The notes below the pieces were generated by a model. It saw only the letters and a list, made by a program, of their open reading frames with translations. It searched no databases and was not told the DNA's origin. From an uncultured virus (IMG/VR IMGVR_UViG_3300042505_001397) (Duplodnaviria > Heunggongvirae > Uroviricota > Caudoviricetes), in the IMG/VR virus record IMGVR_UViG_3300042505_001397: 64,000 bases of DNA; one strand, given 5' to 3'. Positions 7,830 through 20,300 of the stretch are shown here, one piece after another. The position numbers and the translations under genes were made by a program. Position 1 is the first letter of the stretch. The number at the start of each line of letters is the position of its first letter.

Positions 7830-10800
7830 GCTGAAAGATCCCCCAACTGTACACGAAGAATGCCGCTGGCATCGTATATCTTGATCGCCCTACTATCCAT
7901 CTCCATCCTGGCACCTGCCGTGGCAGACTTTACACTGAATTTATTTGTGCCCACCAGGGCAATACTGCCAATCTGGGCAGAACCTATGGCAGCATTAGCA
8001 ATAAAAGTACTTGCATTCGTTGACGTAATCTGCCCTGTCAAATTTGTCCCAATCTCTGCACCAACGGTGGCACCTGCCTCTGCGGTGGATTTTTCCAATC
8101 TGACAATGCTTATATCATCCTTGTAGGTGACACTTCCCGCTGTCACTGTGCAAGTGACCTTAGCACCTGTGGATGTTCCAAATTGTGCGGAAGTAATCAC
8201 TTGGGTGGCAGTGGTACTTGCTGTCGGAGCAGTTTGGAAACCAGAAAACGCCCAAGCGTAAGTGGCACCTGTGATGTTCAACAAATTGGCGGTCAAGGTT
8301 ATGCTACTTTGTTCAGCATCTAAAGTGCCATCTGTTGCCGTAAAAGAAGCAACTCTGCTAGAAGTCAGCGTGATTGTTCCACCAACTGCACCTGTACTAC
8401 CTGTGGCACCATTGCTTCCCGCAGAGCCTGCTTTGGATTTACTGAAAGTTTGTTTCTTGGAAAAACTGAAACTTACACCACCCACAGTTTTGCCTGTGAT
8501 GGTATAATCAATACTTGCAGTGTCGACACTGCTCGACATGCCTGAGTGAGCACCGATAGATGCATAAGTACCTGCGTCTGTGACAGTACCTGGTGTAATA
8601 TTAGTTCCAATGGCAATAATGTCCCAAGTACCGTTGGTTGTACCAACACCGTTATAAGTAAGTCGTCCAGAGCCCTCATAAACATAAATGTCTGTGCCGG
8701 ATCCAGTATAAGAGCTGACCGCACCAGTCGAAGTGGCAGGAAAAGCGTGACTTTCATTTGTCAAAATGGCAGAAATGCCGCCTGCACCATCAGCGCCTTT
8801 TTCACCCTTCACAGCATAAAGAGACCAATATGTATTAGAACTCGTTGGATATGTCGGAGGTACTTTGGTGGCACTGGACGTATGAGCCAGTATACAAGAC
8901 CAACCATAACCATAAGAGTCTATTACTATATCACCTAAATCATAAGATGTAGCGGTGACCCAATCACCCGTGAAAACATTTCTGGTTGCATTATTAGCAG
9001 GTCGTGTATTCCCGTAGACATCCATAGAGTCCCAGTTAAAGTTGCCTAAGTCTGCTGGTTGGACACCCGCTCCTGTGCCAAACAAAAGTTTACCGTTATT
9101 GTCTACAATCCTTACGCCTGTTGCGTTCAACAAGCCATCCTTGTCAAGTCTCCAACCTTCAAATTTTCCAACATTAGGGCCGCTGGAATGCGGCCAACCA
9201 TAACTAGATGACTCAATCACGTTACCGATCTGGGCTGCATTTGTGATTACGGCAGTATTACTGACCAATTGATTTGCACCTACAGTTCCCGCAAGTAATT
9301 GATCACCTGAAATGAATGCCTTACCCGCGTCCGCAGTTAACTCCGTGCCGCCTTTATAAGTGGCCAAAATACGGCCTGTTACGGCTGTGGTCAAAGATTC
9401 TGTGGCCAATACAGTATTTGTCGAAGTGTTTAAATACAAATAAAACAATTTACCTGCTGTCCATGCCACTGGCATTACACCAGCTCCGACGGTGACCAAT
9501 GCAGCTCCATTTTTGGAGTATTGGAAAGAGCTCCAAGCAACTTTATTCGTGGTTGCATCCGGAGTAAATTGCAAGCCAGTGTAAGTATATCTATCTGCGT
9601 CCGCTGAAGCAGATATGACCGCAACTGAAGAACTTGGGTCACCTGCACCGAATGCATCACAAAGAGTCACTGTGTATTTAAAAGTTGTTCCCGCAGCTGC
9701 CTCGAAATCAATGAAGCTAGATGTAGTTTCCACCGTTTTTTGCAAAACAGTTCCTGTGGAATCGTACTGCTTAAATACATATTTCAATACATCTGTATCA
9801 GACACGGCAGGGACTTTTAAATATGCTGCATTAAACACAGATGTAAAATCTAAAGTTACCGCAGATGGCTTTGCATTGTTAAAAGTTGCGTCCAATGATG
9901 TCGAAGATAAATAACCTGCACTGTCTAACGCAAATAATTTTATTTTGAATTTACGTGTAGGAGTGCCGAATATTGAAACATTCTTCTCAAAGCTCATTGA
10001 ATATTGTCCATCCAATTTATTGTCAGGAGTGATCACTTCTGTGGCTTTTAAAATATTTGTATCATCTGTATAAAACTGTAAAACATACTTCTCCAACGTC
10101 AAACTTTTTACTTTATTTGGCAAGGCATTTGACCAAGAAAACACTATGTCCTTTGTGTTGAAAGGAATTGTCAGAATACCATTAGATTCGACGGGTGCGT
10201 CTCTTCCCTCCAAATGTAAATTTGTCGGAGGGAACAATTCAGAAGTTTGCATTGTGTATGCAATGCCACCGCTGTAAGTTCCGAGAATTTTATTATTCTT
10301 TAAATCAGTCAGTAATGTCGTGGATCTTACTGTGTATTGGTTTGCGTCTGTTGATTTTATATCAAAATACAGATACAAAACACCGGTTGTCCACGTTGCA
10401 TTTCCTGCAGCAACTGTTTTCAGTAGCGCACCATCTTTGTAAACATTAAATGAATTCCAAGCAATCTTATTACTGCTAGGGCTATTAGGGGTCAACACAA
10501 GACCTTCGAACTTATATACATTATCAATGAAAAATTCGGCTTCTTGAGTGCTACTGTAAGTGAAGTTGGATAATTTACCTGCTCTTGAAATAGAACGTAC
10601 AGCAAAAAAGGCGCTTGAAGTACTTAACTTAGGCAAGATAAAAGTAGTGTCTACAGCTCTGCCGATCTCATTAAATACTGGCAAGTTGCCAGAAGTTCTT
10701 GGCCCACCAGCTTCATACATATATAAAACATATCCCGCAAATTCGGAAAAACTTACAGGAGCCCACGTCAATGTACCTGAAGAATTTGCAAAAGCATTGT

Positions 10801-13072
10801 TGCTTGGCTCGTACACAATCCATGCAGGTGCTGGAATTGACATTGTGTACACATTGTTTGGTTTTGGATAATCTGTTGTTTTCCAATTCCAAGCCAAATG
10901 AGACTTATCAAACATCTGCGCTTGAACTTCGCAAGTATTTTCTTCTGTGACTTTTACACTGTTGATCCTGAAGTACTCATTGAAAACACCAACAGTATTA
11001 CTTGTGAGTGTTATAAAATCTCCTGGTTCAAGATACTTGTCTTTTATTTGATACTTAAATTTTATGCTGTATGCTGTTCTACTGGTTCTGACAAGTTCTT
11101 CTGCTTTTGCTAAGGCATGGTATCTGTCTGTGGCACCCTCAAAAAACTGCTCTATTTCCAATGGGGTATTGCTGTCTTCAAGCAGCATTGTTTGATAAAG
11201 AGTATTATCATTTGTAACAGTTATGATTGAACTAAAAGCGGTTTCTCTTGTGGTCCAAATTATCTTAGTGCCTTTTGTCAATTTTGCACCGACAGCTTTG
11301 TCAGCACTCGAATTGGTGCCTGTGATCACAATTTTGTAAACTTTATCTACGTTGGCATTTCCAAGTGTGACCGTTTGAGAGCCAAGGGTCTCCCAGCCAC
11401 TTTTTGAATAAGTGTACAGTTGTGTATTATTGTCATCATAGATTGTGATTGTAAGAGAATCATCTGCAGTGTATTCCAGTGTCATGCTACCAATATCGGC
11501 TTTTCTGACAATTATATTATAAGTCAGTGTTGTGCTATTTGAAGCTGTCGACCATACACCGTAGTTATTCAAAAACCTGCCACCAATTTTTTCTTCATCA
11601 TAGCTGTAATCAGCAAGAGAGTAACGAACACCTCCCACACCAATCAAGGATGTGCCTGAGTACTTAGGAGGCCATGCCACAGAGTCCTCTTTGAAGTTTT
11701 CTGTTTCATTATTGAATCGTATTATGCAGTGATTCAAACGTTCACTGGCCGTGGGCCAAGCCATTTCTATATCTTGATCCATCATGAGATCATCTTCGGT
11801 CAAGTTTGCCGCCACAATTATTGCATTTGGATTTGTGTCTGTACCGTTATTTGCATTTGTCACGGAATTAACCAGAGTGGTTGGATATTGTAAACTCAAC
11901 TTGTATTTACCACCAGACCAAACCAAACGTGCGTCACCCATTGTGGCTAATATAGCCTCTACATTATCTCTGACAGGTTTCTTTGTATCAATGATTATAT
12001 TGCACTCATATAGCGGCAAATCTCTTGTTGATACATTTTTCTTACCGTCTGTTGATTTCCAAATCTTGCCACCTACCGCGACGCCTGTTTGCACAGTCTT
12101 TTCTGCAATAGGTGCACAAGCTTCAAATGTTGTTAAATCAATTTCCAGTATATCTACAGATCCACCAGAAGTTGTGTCCAAAAGATAATCCAGCAAACAC
12201 CATACAGGATTATTACTATATTCCCACACGGTATTTAAAACACCATTTGTCACTTTTCGGATCAACTTTCCTTCAATCAAAAATTGTAAAGTAGGGACTC
12301 CACTGAACTGAGGATCATCTCTGTCTAAACGAATCACCGCAGAAATGTATGCCATACCATTGAATACTGCATTGCTTCTGTCAGGAAAATTCTGTGAGAT
12401 AATTGCATCTGCCTTATTCAAACCAGCCTCTGTATAATGTGCATCAATACGCATTGCAGAGCGTGGTTTACTAGGATCATCCCATTTGGTCTTGGAAGGA
12501 TCTTTGTCAGCTGTGTAAGAAGTGCCTGCAGGAACAGAACCATAAGTACCTAATGCAGGATCATCAAGGTATCTTGATTCATCTATAATGACATCAATCA
12601 CATTGTTGATTGGCCCTATGCAAAGTGCTTGTTGAAAATAAAGAAATTCATTTCGCGAGCCATTTGTGTAAGAACGATCAAGCATTGTGCTGGTGCCGTA
12701 TGTATAGTCATGTGACACTATAGCGGATTTGCCGGTCACTGCATTCACTTCGAGCATTGTGTATGAGCCAGATTTTAACACAGCTGGTGTTAAACTTTCT
12801 CCAAAGCTCTTGTCTGCATTTGAAGCCACAAAGTTAAAATCACTGGATGTGTTATGGTAGACTCTAATACCTCCAACTTTTGCTCTGCCATACACCAGCC
12901 CTAGGTGCTCTGGTTGGCCTTCAACAACAGTTTCAAAGCCTTTTCGAGCTTCTGCAGCTTCGTTATTTTGTGCCGGATTTTTCTTTTTAGACTGTGTCAA
13001 CTGAAATATGACAGATGCAACTGTCATTGCGAGTGATATTGCGGACATTACGGCCGCCATTGTACCTACCAT
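7826..13072 (-). CDS. central tail fibre / tip attachment protein (lambda J-like)
   Basis: 1748 aa; LVYGRAKVGG, SNNPVWCLLDYL, LEPGD motifs; FnIII-like segments; C-terminal IKIYDASGILRVQLG. Confidence 0.85.
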   Translation of the reverse strand: MVGTMAAVMSAISLAMTVASVIFQLTQSKKKNPAQNNEAAEARKGFETVVEGQPEHLGLVYGRAKVGGIRVYHNTSSDFNFVASNADKSFGESLTPAVLKSGSYTMLEVNAVTGKSAIVSHDYTYGTSTMLDRSYTNGSRNEFLYFQQALCIGPINNVIDVIIDESRYLDDPALGTYGSVPAGTSYTADKDPSKTKWDDPSKPRSAMRIDAHYTEAGLNKADAIISQNFPDRSNAVFNGMAYISAVIRLDRDDPQFSGVPTLQFLIEGKLIRKVTNGVLNTVWEYSNNPVWCLLDYLLDTTSGGSVDILEIDLTTFEACAPIAEKTVQTGVAVGGKIWKSTDGKKNVSTRDLPLYECNIIIDTKKPVRDNVEAILATMGDARLVWSGGKYKLSLQYPTTLVNSVTNANNGTDTNPNAIIVAANLTEDDLMMDQDIEMAWPTASERLNHCIIRFNNETENFKEDSVAWPPKYSGTSLIGVGGVRYSLADYSYDEEKIGGRFLNNYGVWSTASNSTTLTYNIIVRKADIGSMTLEYTADDSLTITIYDDNNTQLYTYSKSGWETLGSQTVTLGNANVDKVYKIVITGTNSSADKAVGAKLTKGTKIIWTTRETAFSSIITVTNDNTLYQTMLLEDSNTPLEIEQFFEGATDRYHALAKAEELVRTSRTAYSIKFKYQIKDKYLEPGDFITLTSNTVGVFNEYFRINSVKVTEENTCEVQAQMFDKSHLAWNWKTTDYPKPNNVYTMSIPAPAWIVYEPSNNAFANSSGTLTWAPVSFSEFAGYVLYMYEAGGPRTSGNLPVFNEIGRAVDTTFILPKLSTSSAFFAVRSISRAGKLSNFTYSSTQEAEFFIDNVYKFEGLVLTPNSPSSNKIAWNSFNVYKDGALLKTVAAGNATWTTGVLYLYFDIKSTDANQYTVRSTTLLTDLKNNKILGTYSGGIAYTMQTSELFPPTNLHLEGRDAPVESNGILTIPFNTKDIVFSWSNALPNKVKSLTLEKYVLQFYTDDTNILKATEVITPDNKLDGQYSMSFEKNVSIFGTPTRKFKIKLFALDSAGYLSSTSLDATFNNAKPSAVTLDFTSVFNAAYLKVPAVSDTDVLKYVFKQYDSTGTVLQKTVETTSSFIDFEAAAGTTFKYTVTLCDAFGAGDPSSSVAVISASADADRYTYTGLQFTPDATTNKVAWSSFQYSKNGAALVTVGAGVMPVAWTAGKLFYLYLNTSTNTVLATESLTTAVTGRILATYKGGTELTADAGKAFISGDQLLAGTVGANQLVSNTAVITNAAQIGNVIESSSYGWPHSSGPNVGKFEGWRLDKDGLLNATGVRIVDNNGKLLFGTGAGVQPADLGNFNWDSMDVYGNTRPANNATRNVFTGDWVTATSYDLGDIVIDSYGYGWSCILAHTSSATKVPPTYPTSSNTYWSLYAVKGEKGADGAGGISAILTNESHAFPATSTGAVSSYTGSGTDIYVYEGSGRLTYNGVGTTNGTWDIIAIGTNITPGTVTDAGTYASIGAHSGMSSSVDTASIDYTITGKTVGGVSFSFSKKQTFSKSKAGSAGSNGATGSTGAVGGTITLTSSRVASFTATDGTLDAEQSSITLTANLLNITGATYAWAFSGFQTAPTASTTATQVITSAQFGTSTGAKVTCTVTAGSVTYKDDISIVRLEKSTAEAGATVGAEIGTNLTGQITSTNASTFIANAAIGSAQIGSIALVGTNKFSVKSATAGARMEMDSRAIKIYDASGILRVQLGDLSA

Positions 13073-13677
13073 TATATTTTACCCCATTTCAATGTTATTG
13101 CACCAGAGCCTTCATAGATTTGATCACAGCTAGAATCAGTTGCATCTCGTTGTCTCACAAAATCTCTGCTTATAAATAAAGATTTCTTCATATCTAAATT
13201 TCGCATTGGACTTGAACCTGTTATTTGTAAAATACTTTCTCCAAACTCATTTGTTTTGATTAAATAAGAAGCACCGTCTATACGGCCTTTATACACTATT
13301 GGACAATCTGCAATTTCAAGATAAGGCGTACCTGTATAGTGATTGACAAATCCCAGACGCCCTTCTAAAACCTTACCCACAAGATTGTTTCGCACACTTG
13401 TCATTTTTTCCAACATAGGGTCAGCTAATGTTATCTTGTATTGCTCTCTATCGACATTTGTGCTCATTTGAGGAGGATCTATAGTAACCAAGGTCGCGTC
13501 AGAGAAATAGTTGTAATCTGCCAAAGCAATGCCATTGCTTTTTAATTGAACATCCATGAAATAATTTGAAGTACTGTACAAAACACTGCCATCATAATTC
13601 AAAATTCTCAACATATAAAACGCATCAATGACATCTCGAGAAAGCGCATTACGTACATTTACACTGAAGTTGATCAT
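13072..13677 (-). CDS. minor tail / tail-tip protein
   Basis: position; YKGRID and C-terminal D.S.DQI...LKWG. Confidence 0.65.
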   Translation of the reverse strand: MINFSVNVRNALSRDVIDAFYMLRILNYDGSVLYSTSNYFMDVQLKSNGIALADYNYFSDATLVTIDPPQMSTNVDREQYKITLADPMLEKMTSVRNNLVGKVLEGRLGFVNHYTGTPYLEIADCPIVYKGRIDGASYLIKTNEFGESILQITGSSPMRNLDMKKSLFISRDFVRQRDATDSSCDQIYEGSGAITLKWGKI

Positions 13678-14306
13678 TCGAGTGCCTCCACCAATTTAAC
13701 CAGACCATTGTCCATCAATATGCCGTCTTCATAGACCATGCCAATCACTGTGTCTGTGTCATATTTGCAATTCATTATCACATCATCTTGATACTTTATT
13801 GTCGTTCCTGCTGGAACCGCTGAACGCAATGCTGGATAGATATTCAGTGCAACTGTATTCAAAGTGCCTGACAGGATGACATCAGTTGTAATCATGTATA
13901 TTTTCGCATGATTACTGAATTTTATGAAAGTACCTTTAGGTATTTTCTTAGCATTGTTTGTAGCATTTGCACTTATAAGTAATTGAGAAGAGCTTGCAGC
14001 CACAGTATTAAATATTGTCACTGTACCTGTTGCTGTTTTTGCCTGTTTTGCACCATAGTTTTGGGGCATGTAAATCTGTAATGTTTCTGAGAAGCCTTTC
14101 GTAATAAAATTTACCATCAAATCTTGCGCAGAAGTGGAAAGTGGAAACAGTCTTGCTTCCACCTCCCATCTTTGAGTTGCTCTTCTAAAGGTATTTCTTT
14201 TTAATGAAAGGGTATCTGAAACAGTCACAGGTTGATTACTGCGAATAGTGAGGGGTGTCACAAATTCTGCAATAACTGTTGTTCCTTCTAAGATACCGTA
14301 TAGCAT
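13674..14306 (-). CDS. distal tail-like protein
   Basis: directly after the tape measure gene; QRWEV, GTFIKFSNHAKIYMIT, IYPALR. Confidence 0.65.
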   Translation of the reverse strand: MLYGILEGTTVIAEFVTPLTIRSNQPVTVSDTLSLKRNTFRRATQRWEVEARLFPLSTSAQDLMVNFITKGFSETLQIYMPQNYGAKQAKTATGTVTIFNTVAASSSQLLISANATNNAKKIPKGTFIKFSNHAKIYMITTDVILSGTLNTVALNIYPALRSAVPAGTTIKYQDDVIMNCKYDTDTVIGMVYEDGILMDNGLVKLVEALE

Positions 14307-17300
14307 TATCTTCTATAACCTCTTTCTTTGTTATGATTATTTACACCTTCCGCGATATTGGGAAGCATTCTGTATATTTCTGCCTTTGTTTGTCTAGATA
14401 TATCACCCGTGATTGTTAAGTTAATCATTTGTTGACTTCCGGCATTTGCAGAAGTTACCGGTTTTATATCCACCATATTTGGTTGCAGCATCACAGGAGC
14501 CGATGTATCTCCTATCAAACCACCTGTGGCAAATTTCGGAGTCTTGCCTGAGTTCAAAGCTTGAAGCAAGCCTAGATGTTCTTTGGTTGCTGCGGCATTC
14601 ACCACGAATTCACCGTTGGAAACCATTGCCACTATGGAATCAGAAGTGCCTGTGCCTGGACCACGTATAGCGCCTCCAGAAGCAAAACCTCCCAAGAAAC
14701 TAAACATGCCACCTGATTTAAATAAATTACCAATGCCGCTCAGAGCACCACCAGAGCTAAACAAGTTACCTATACTACCAAAACCTTCAGTAAACAATTT
14801 TCCAATACCGGTAAAAGCTTCTGAAAATGATGTTTTGAGTGTAGAGAATATGCTGCTATCTGATGATAACGCGCCACTCATGCTTGTTTCCATGGTGTTT
14901 GCCATGGATTCAAACTTAGGAGTAAATGCTGCTTCCATTTTAGCCGCACTATCACCTACAGCAGTTGGCATTCCGGACTTATCTGATAACGAGCTGAACA
15001 TGTCCGCCTTGCTCATTTTCATCATACCCTCGCCCACAGTGGTTCCTGTGTTTGTCATGGACACAGGATCCCATCCACCAGATTGAGTGAAATACTTAGC
15101 ACTGTCAGACGTGAACGATGACAATTTTCCTGCCAAAGGACTGGCAGCTGCAAACAGAGAAGGGATTTTCGATAACGCAGAACCAGCCGATTCAAGCTGA
15201 CTACCTGTTATCATCGTCTTCATCAGCGTTTCGATTCTCTCAAGAACAGTCACAGTTTTTGCAGTATTTTTAGAAACACCTTGGTCTGTAGATTGCCCAA
15301 ATGTGCTGTTGAAGCTGTCCAAGAAAGATTTATCACCGAACAAACTTGAGAATGTCGCAGAACCTACCGAGAACACACCCTTGCCAAGATCAGAAATCAT
15401 ACCACCGGCTTTTTCCGTCAAAGGCTTGGTTAAACCTTCAATGAATGTGTCTGTGATAGAGCCTGTGACTTTGTCCAGCATACCAGCGGTAAATTCCTTG
15501 AATGTGGATTTACCTTTGACAAGATCTTTTATGCCTTCCTTGAATCCAGAAGATACGTCTGATGAGAATGCCTTACCAGCATCTTCAGCAGCCTTCTTCA
15601 TGTCAAGTTCATCGATCTTCTCTTTGATCTTGTCAAGTTGATCTCTATAATCATCTACTGATTTCTTAAGTTCTCGGATCTTATCATCAGGCAACACATC
15701 TTCTGTTAATTGTTTGTTTATTTCGCCTATTTTTGTGACAAGTTCAGTAGCTTGTATAGCTTGTAAATCAGAGGCCTTTAACCATTCATCTGTGAAGGAA
15801 ACATTATAATGCTCGAAAGCATTTCTCATCTTACCCAGGTTACTAATCGTGGATTTTTGCAGATCATTAAATGCTTTTTCAGGAATGCTTTTAAGATACT
15901 CATCCAATTTCAATTCAGCCATTGGGTCTATAAACTTGCTTCCTATACTCCCTTCAGTTTTCACTGTACCTAACACAGGCACATCTTTTGTATTTGAAGT
16001 ACTTTCTGCGGGAGTTATATTTGCTGTCTTTTGAGTGGCTGTACGAATATCTTCAAGAACTTCCAACTCAGGGCTTCTGACGTTGGCAAGTTCTTTTGCT
16101 ATTTGCACTGGATCAGCACCTGCCGCAAGCTTGTTGAAAATAGCTTTCTGATCATCAGTTAGGCTTGCCAAATTCAATTTGGACAAAAATTCACCTGAAG
16201 AAGATTGCTCAAGCGTCTTTTTACGAGACTCTTCAGGAATATTTAGAAAAGCTTTAAAGCTCATGTTGGATAAACCAGACATGGATTTGATTTTATCAAA
16301 CGCAACCTTAGCACCTCCAAGTAGACCTTCTTCAGTACTCTTTTCAAAAGACGAACGGAGATCGAAGAATTCTTTCAATTTACTGACTTCTTTGAGCTTT
16401 TCACTTATCATTTGAGAATTTATGATGTAAGTAGAAATATCTTTTGTTTTCAAAAGAGCTCTCTTCATGTTTTCAATGAAAATATCAACATCCAATAAAC
16501 GCATCATGGTATCTTTGGAGAACGTCGCAACCATTGCATCTTCTCCAAGACCAAGTCTACCCAATGCAGCATTCATCATCTTGCCTGATTTTGCGGAATA
16601 TTTAACAAAGATGTCACGAGCTGTTTCCATAATATTTTCTTGGCGATCTGCAATAGCTTTTATTGTATCTTTCCCAAGACCTTTTCCACTTGTTTCGTTC
16701 AATTTTGTTTCAATATCAACAAGTTCTTGACCCATATCTTTCAAGCGTTTTTGATCTTTGGCACTAAAACTTGCAAACATTTGCTTATCCACAGCAAATC
16801 CAAGCTCATCAAACTTGCCAATAATTGCATCAAAAGTAGTTACTGAAGTATCTTTCAGCTTTTCAAGACTCTTTGTAATACCCTCAAGATTGCTTTGCAA
16901 CATCCCGTATCTAGCTTGATCTACGATTGGTTTCTCTTTCTCAGCTTGTAAGTCAAGCTCGGCTTTAGTCCTTTGTTGCACTAACTCATTAAATTTAGCC
17001 AATTTACCTTTATTACCTGCTATTGCAGGCTCTGGAGCCTCTCCAATAAGCTTCTCGATGTTTCTCGCTGTTGTTGCGGCATTTTCGCCTGGTGCTGCTT
17101 TGTAATTTGCAACTTGAACTTTATAAACATTTTCAAGATCAGTAGTTAAGCCTTTTAATTCATCTCGCCATTTTTGCAAAGCTTCTGCTTGTATTTCAGG
17201 GGCTTTTGTATCTCTCACTGACTTATCAAACAAATCTTTTGCATTCTTTACTTTTTCAATATCCGCTATGAATTTATCACTTACAGCTTGAGGTATCTTC

Positions 17301-20300
17301 AAGTATTTTTCAAAATCAATTTCAGGCACGTTAATACTTTTTAATCCACTATTTAAAGTGTCTAAAGTATTCTTATTAGGGAGCATTTGGTCTAACAAAG
17401 CTTGTTGTCCTTTTATGACTTTTTCTTTGCTTGCTTTTGTTCTGGCGCTGGCAGGATTCAGAGGATCTAATGTATCCATTTCCATTTTAACTTGCTCAAT
17501 CTTTTTCAGTATCGCGTCAAATTGAGAAAGTTTTCCAAAATCTTTTGTTGAATATACCGATGTTTTAAAGCTCTCAATTCTACTAACGGGCTGGCCTGAC
17601 AGCAATGATTCTCTCTCAAGATTTGTTGAATAAGAAGCTTTAGCTAAGGCATTTTCTTTCACAGCATTTAGCTGTTTTGTATATTTGATTTGTTTTAGAA
17701 TTTGCTTATTGGCTTCTTCAATTGACTTAGGTTCTTTTTCCAATGCTTTCTCATACTGACGTCTGATACTGTCAATTAGTGATATGTCAGATGCATCGAC
17801 AGGTAAATCAAGCATTTTCTCGTCTATCTTAATTCCTGCAATACTTTGATAAGCATTACGAACATCTTCAAGTGCAAACTTTGTATCCAAAATAGCTGCA
17901 TAATCAAAAGCTTCTTTACCGTACTTTTTATCAAATTCAACACCAACAGCAATAGCGCCTCGAAGAATCTCTTTTGAAGCTTCTAAAGCTTCTCTATTTC
18001 CTTCACTCATATTTTTGTTGAAATTGTCAATAGCGTCTGTGTAACCATTTGCAGCATTGTTCAAGTCTTCTTGTATTAATTTAGCTTGATCCCTAATAGA
18101 AACTTTTGTTTCTACTTCAGTTATTTTCAAAGGATCTTCTAGTGCAGCTGCCAGACTTTCTTGATATGTCCTGGCCATTGCATCCATTGCAGATTCACCT
18201 TCTCTGAGTGCAATACTATTCTCAGTTAACACAGGTTCGGCAATAACGTCTCTTACTTTTTCCCAAGCTCGAAGCATATATTCTGGAGCGGCATTTAAAT
18301 CAGTGATGATATTTTGGCTAAAAAGCCCACCAGGTCTTTTTGATTTAGTAGTCCCTGTTTGACTATACCTCGAAATATCGCTTGCAGAAAGACTTTTTTG
18401 AAGACTTTCTGTCACTTCTGGTTTTATAGAAGCAACTTTTATCTTAAATGTATCTGGCAGTTTATCGAAATTTTTCTGCAATTCCACATTTATTTTTCTG
18501 GCTAGACTTAGAATATCTTCGCTTTGCTTCTCTTCTGCACGCAATTTTCGCAGACGAGCTAACGCACCTTGTTCAACTAAACTGTAAAAGTCAACAAAGA
18601 AAGTTTTTAAGCTATCAAAAACATCCACAAAAAAGCTATAAATTGTGTCAAGGTTCAATAAAGCAGTACCTATACCTGCAGCCACTGCAAGGAATCCAGC
18701 AATACTTGTAGTCAATGCAGGGATAAACAACACAATAGCAGCAAAAGCAGCTGCAAGAGAAACTATTGCAATTGTCACATATTTTACAACTGTGACTAAA
18801 AAACTGAAAACTGTTTTAATATTGTCCACAAAAGAACGAATTGAGCTTGTTATGGCACCTAAAGGCTCTGCTAATGCTGCTTGAATTGATTCAGAACTAA
18901 ATCTAAAACCTTGACCGGTTTCAGAAGTGTAAGCACCAGCTTCTCGCAACTTTTGAAATTTGACTGCTTTTTCAACCAAATAAGCACTTATAGATTCTTC
19001 TGGTTTTGTCAAAAGTTTCTTGGTACTTTCAGAAATTTCTGCACTTGTTTGGTCTGGCTTTGTATCATACCGGCTCAATAAAGAATCTATCTTGCGTTCT
19101 ATGCTCAGTCTCGATCTCTCTTGTGCTGCAGTTGCGCCAGCTGCTTGCATTGCAACTTCCGCACGTAAGCTGTCATATTGGGAAGCCAAATCAGTTAAGG
19201 CAGATTTCAATGCTTTTTGTTGTATATCATCAATTTTGCTGAAATCTATTTTGAACAAAATATCATCGAATTTCAATTCACTTGGAAGAGCTTCTAAAAT
19301 ACTTTTTAACTCACTTAATTTACCGAAATTGGTGGTTGGTTTCAAACCAAACATTTCTCTGACAGTATCGTAAGCCCATTGCAAATTGTCGGCAAAAGTT
19401 CTGCCAGGGCCGAATAAAGAAACAGCCAAAAGCCCTGCGCCACCGCCTAATAAGCCCAGTTTCAATATCGGTGCAACTATTCCAAAAGCGGCTGAGGCAA
19501 CTGAAGAAAACGCTTCTCTTAAGGGCTTTGTCAACAAAGATATTGCCCTAAAAGGCGAGGTCAAATCTTTGAATACATTTTTCAACCCTTTTTCTCTCAC
19601 AATACTTGACAATCTTTGCATTTCAGAAACCAGGCTGGATTCACCCTTATTTACTGAGTCAATTATTATTTGGCCTACATCGAGTGACTCTTTGAAAGCA
19701 ACCCTAGCCGCAGAAAAAGATTCACTAAATGTTGAGGCTTCTTTCAAAGCATTGATACTTCTGCGCATTGCAATTACTGCTCTTTTTTGCTCTCTTGTAC
19801 CGCCTTTCAGTGATAATATATCAGATACTTGCTTCTTTATACCTACTAATTGATTTTTCACAGCCTCTATTGCAGCACTTTTCCTAAAATAGGTGAACAA
19901 CTCAGACCCAAATTCACGAACTTGTCCAGCACTTTCTCGTATAGTTTTTGTGACTTCTTTCCAGCCTGCAGTTACATCACCCGCAACCGCTGTAGATTTA
20001 ATTGCAGATATTTCTGCTTCTTGACGAAGACTGAAACTTCCTTCTATAGCACGCCTTTTACTTAATATATCTGCGTTATAAGCATTTAAAGACTGTATTT
20101 CTTCTTTGCTCATTCCTTTTGTTTTTCGTTTACTTGGTGTTTCCAAATCAAACGCTTTCAAAATCGCTTCTTTTTCTTGCTGTATTTCAGCAGTTTTTGC
20201 AGCAATTAATCCTTCTTGCGCATTTTTCACAAAGGTATCTCTGCCTCTGCGATATGCATCATTAAGTTTACCTAACGACCCAATTACTGTACTAATAGCA

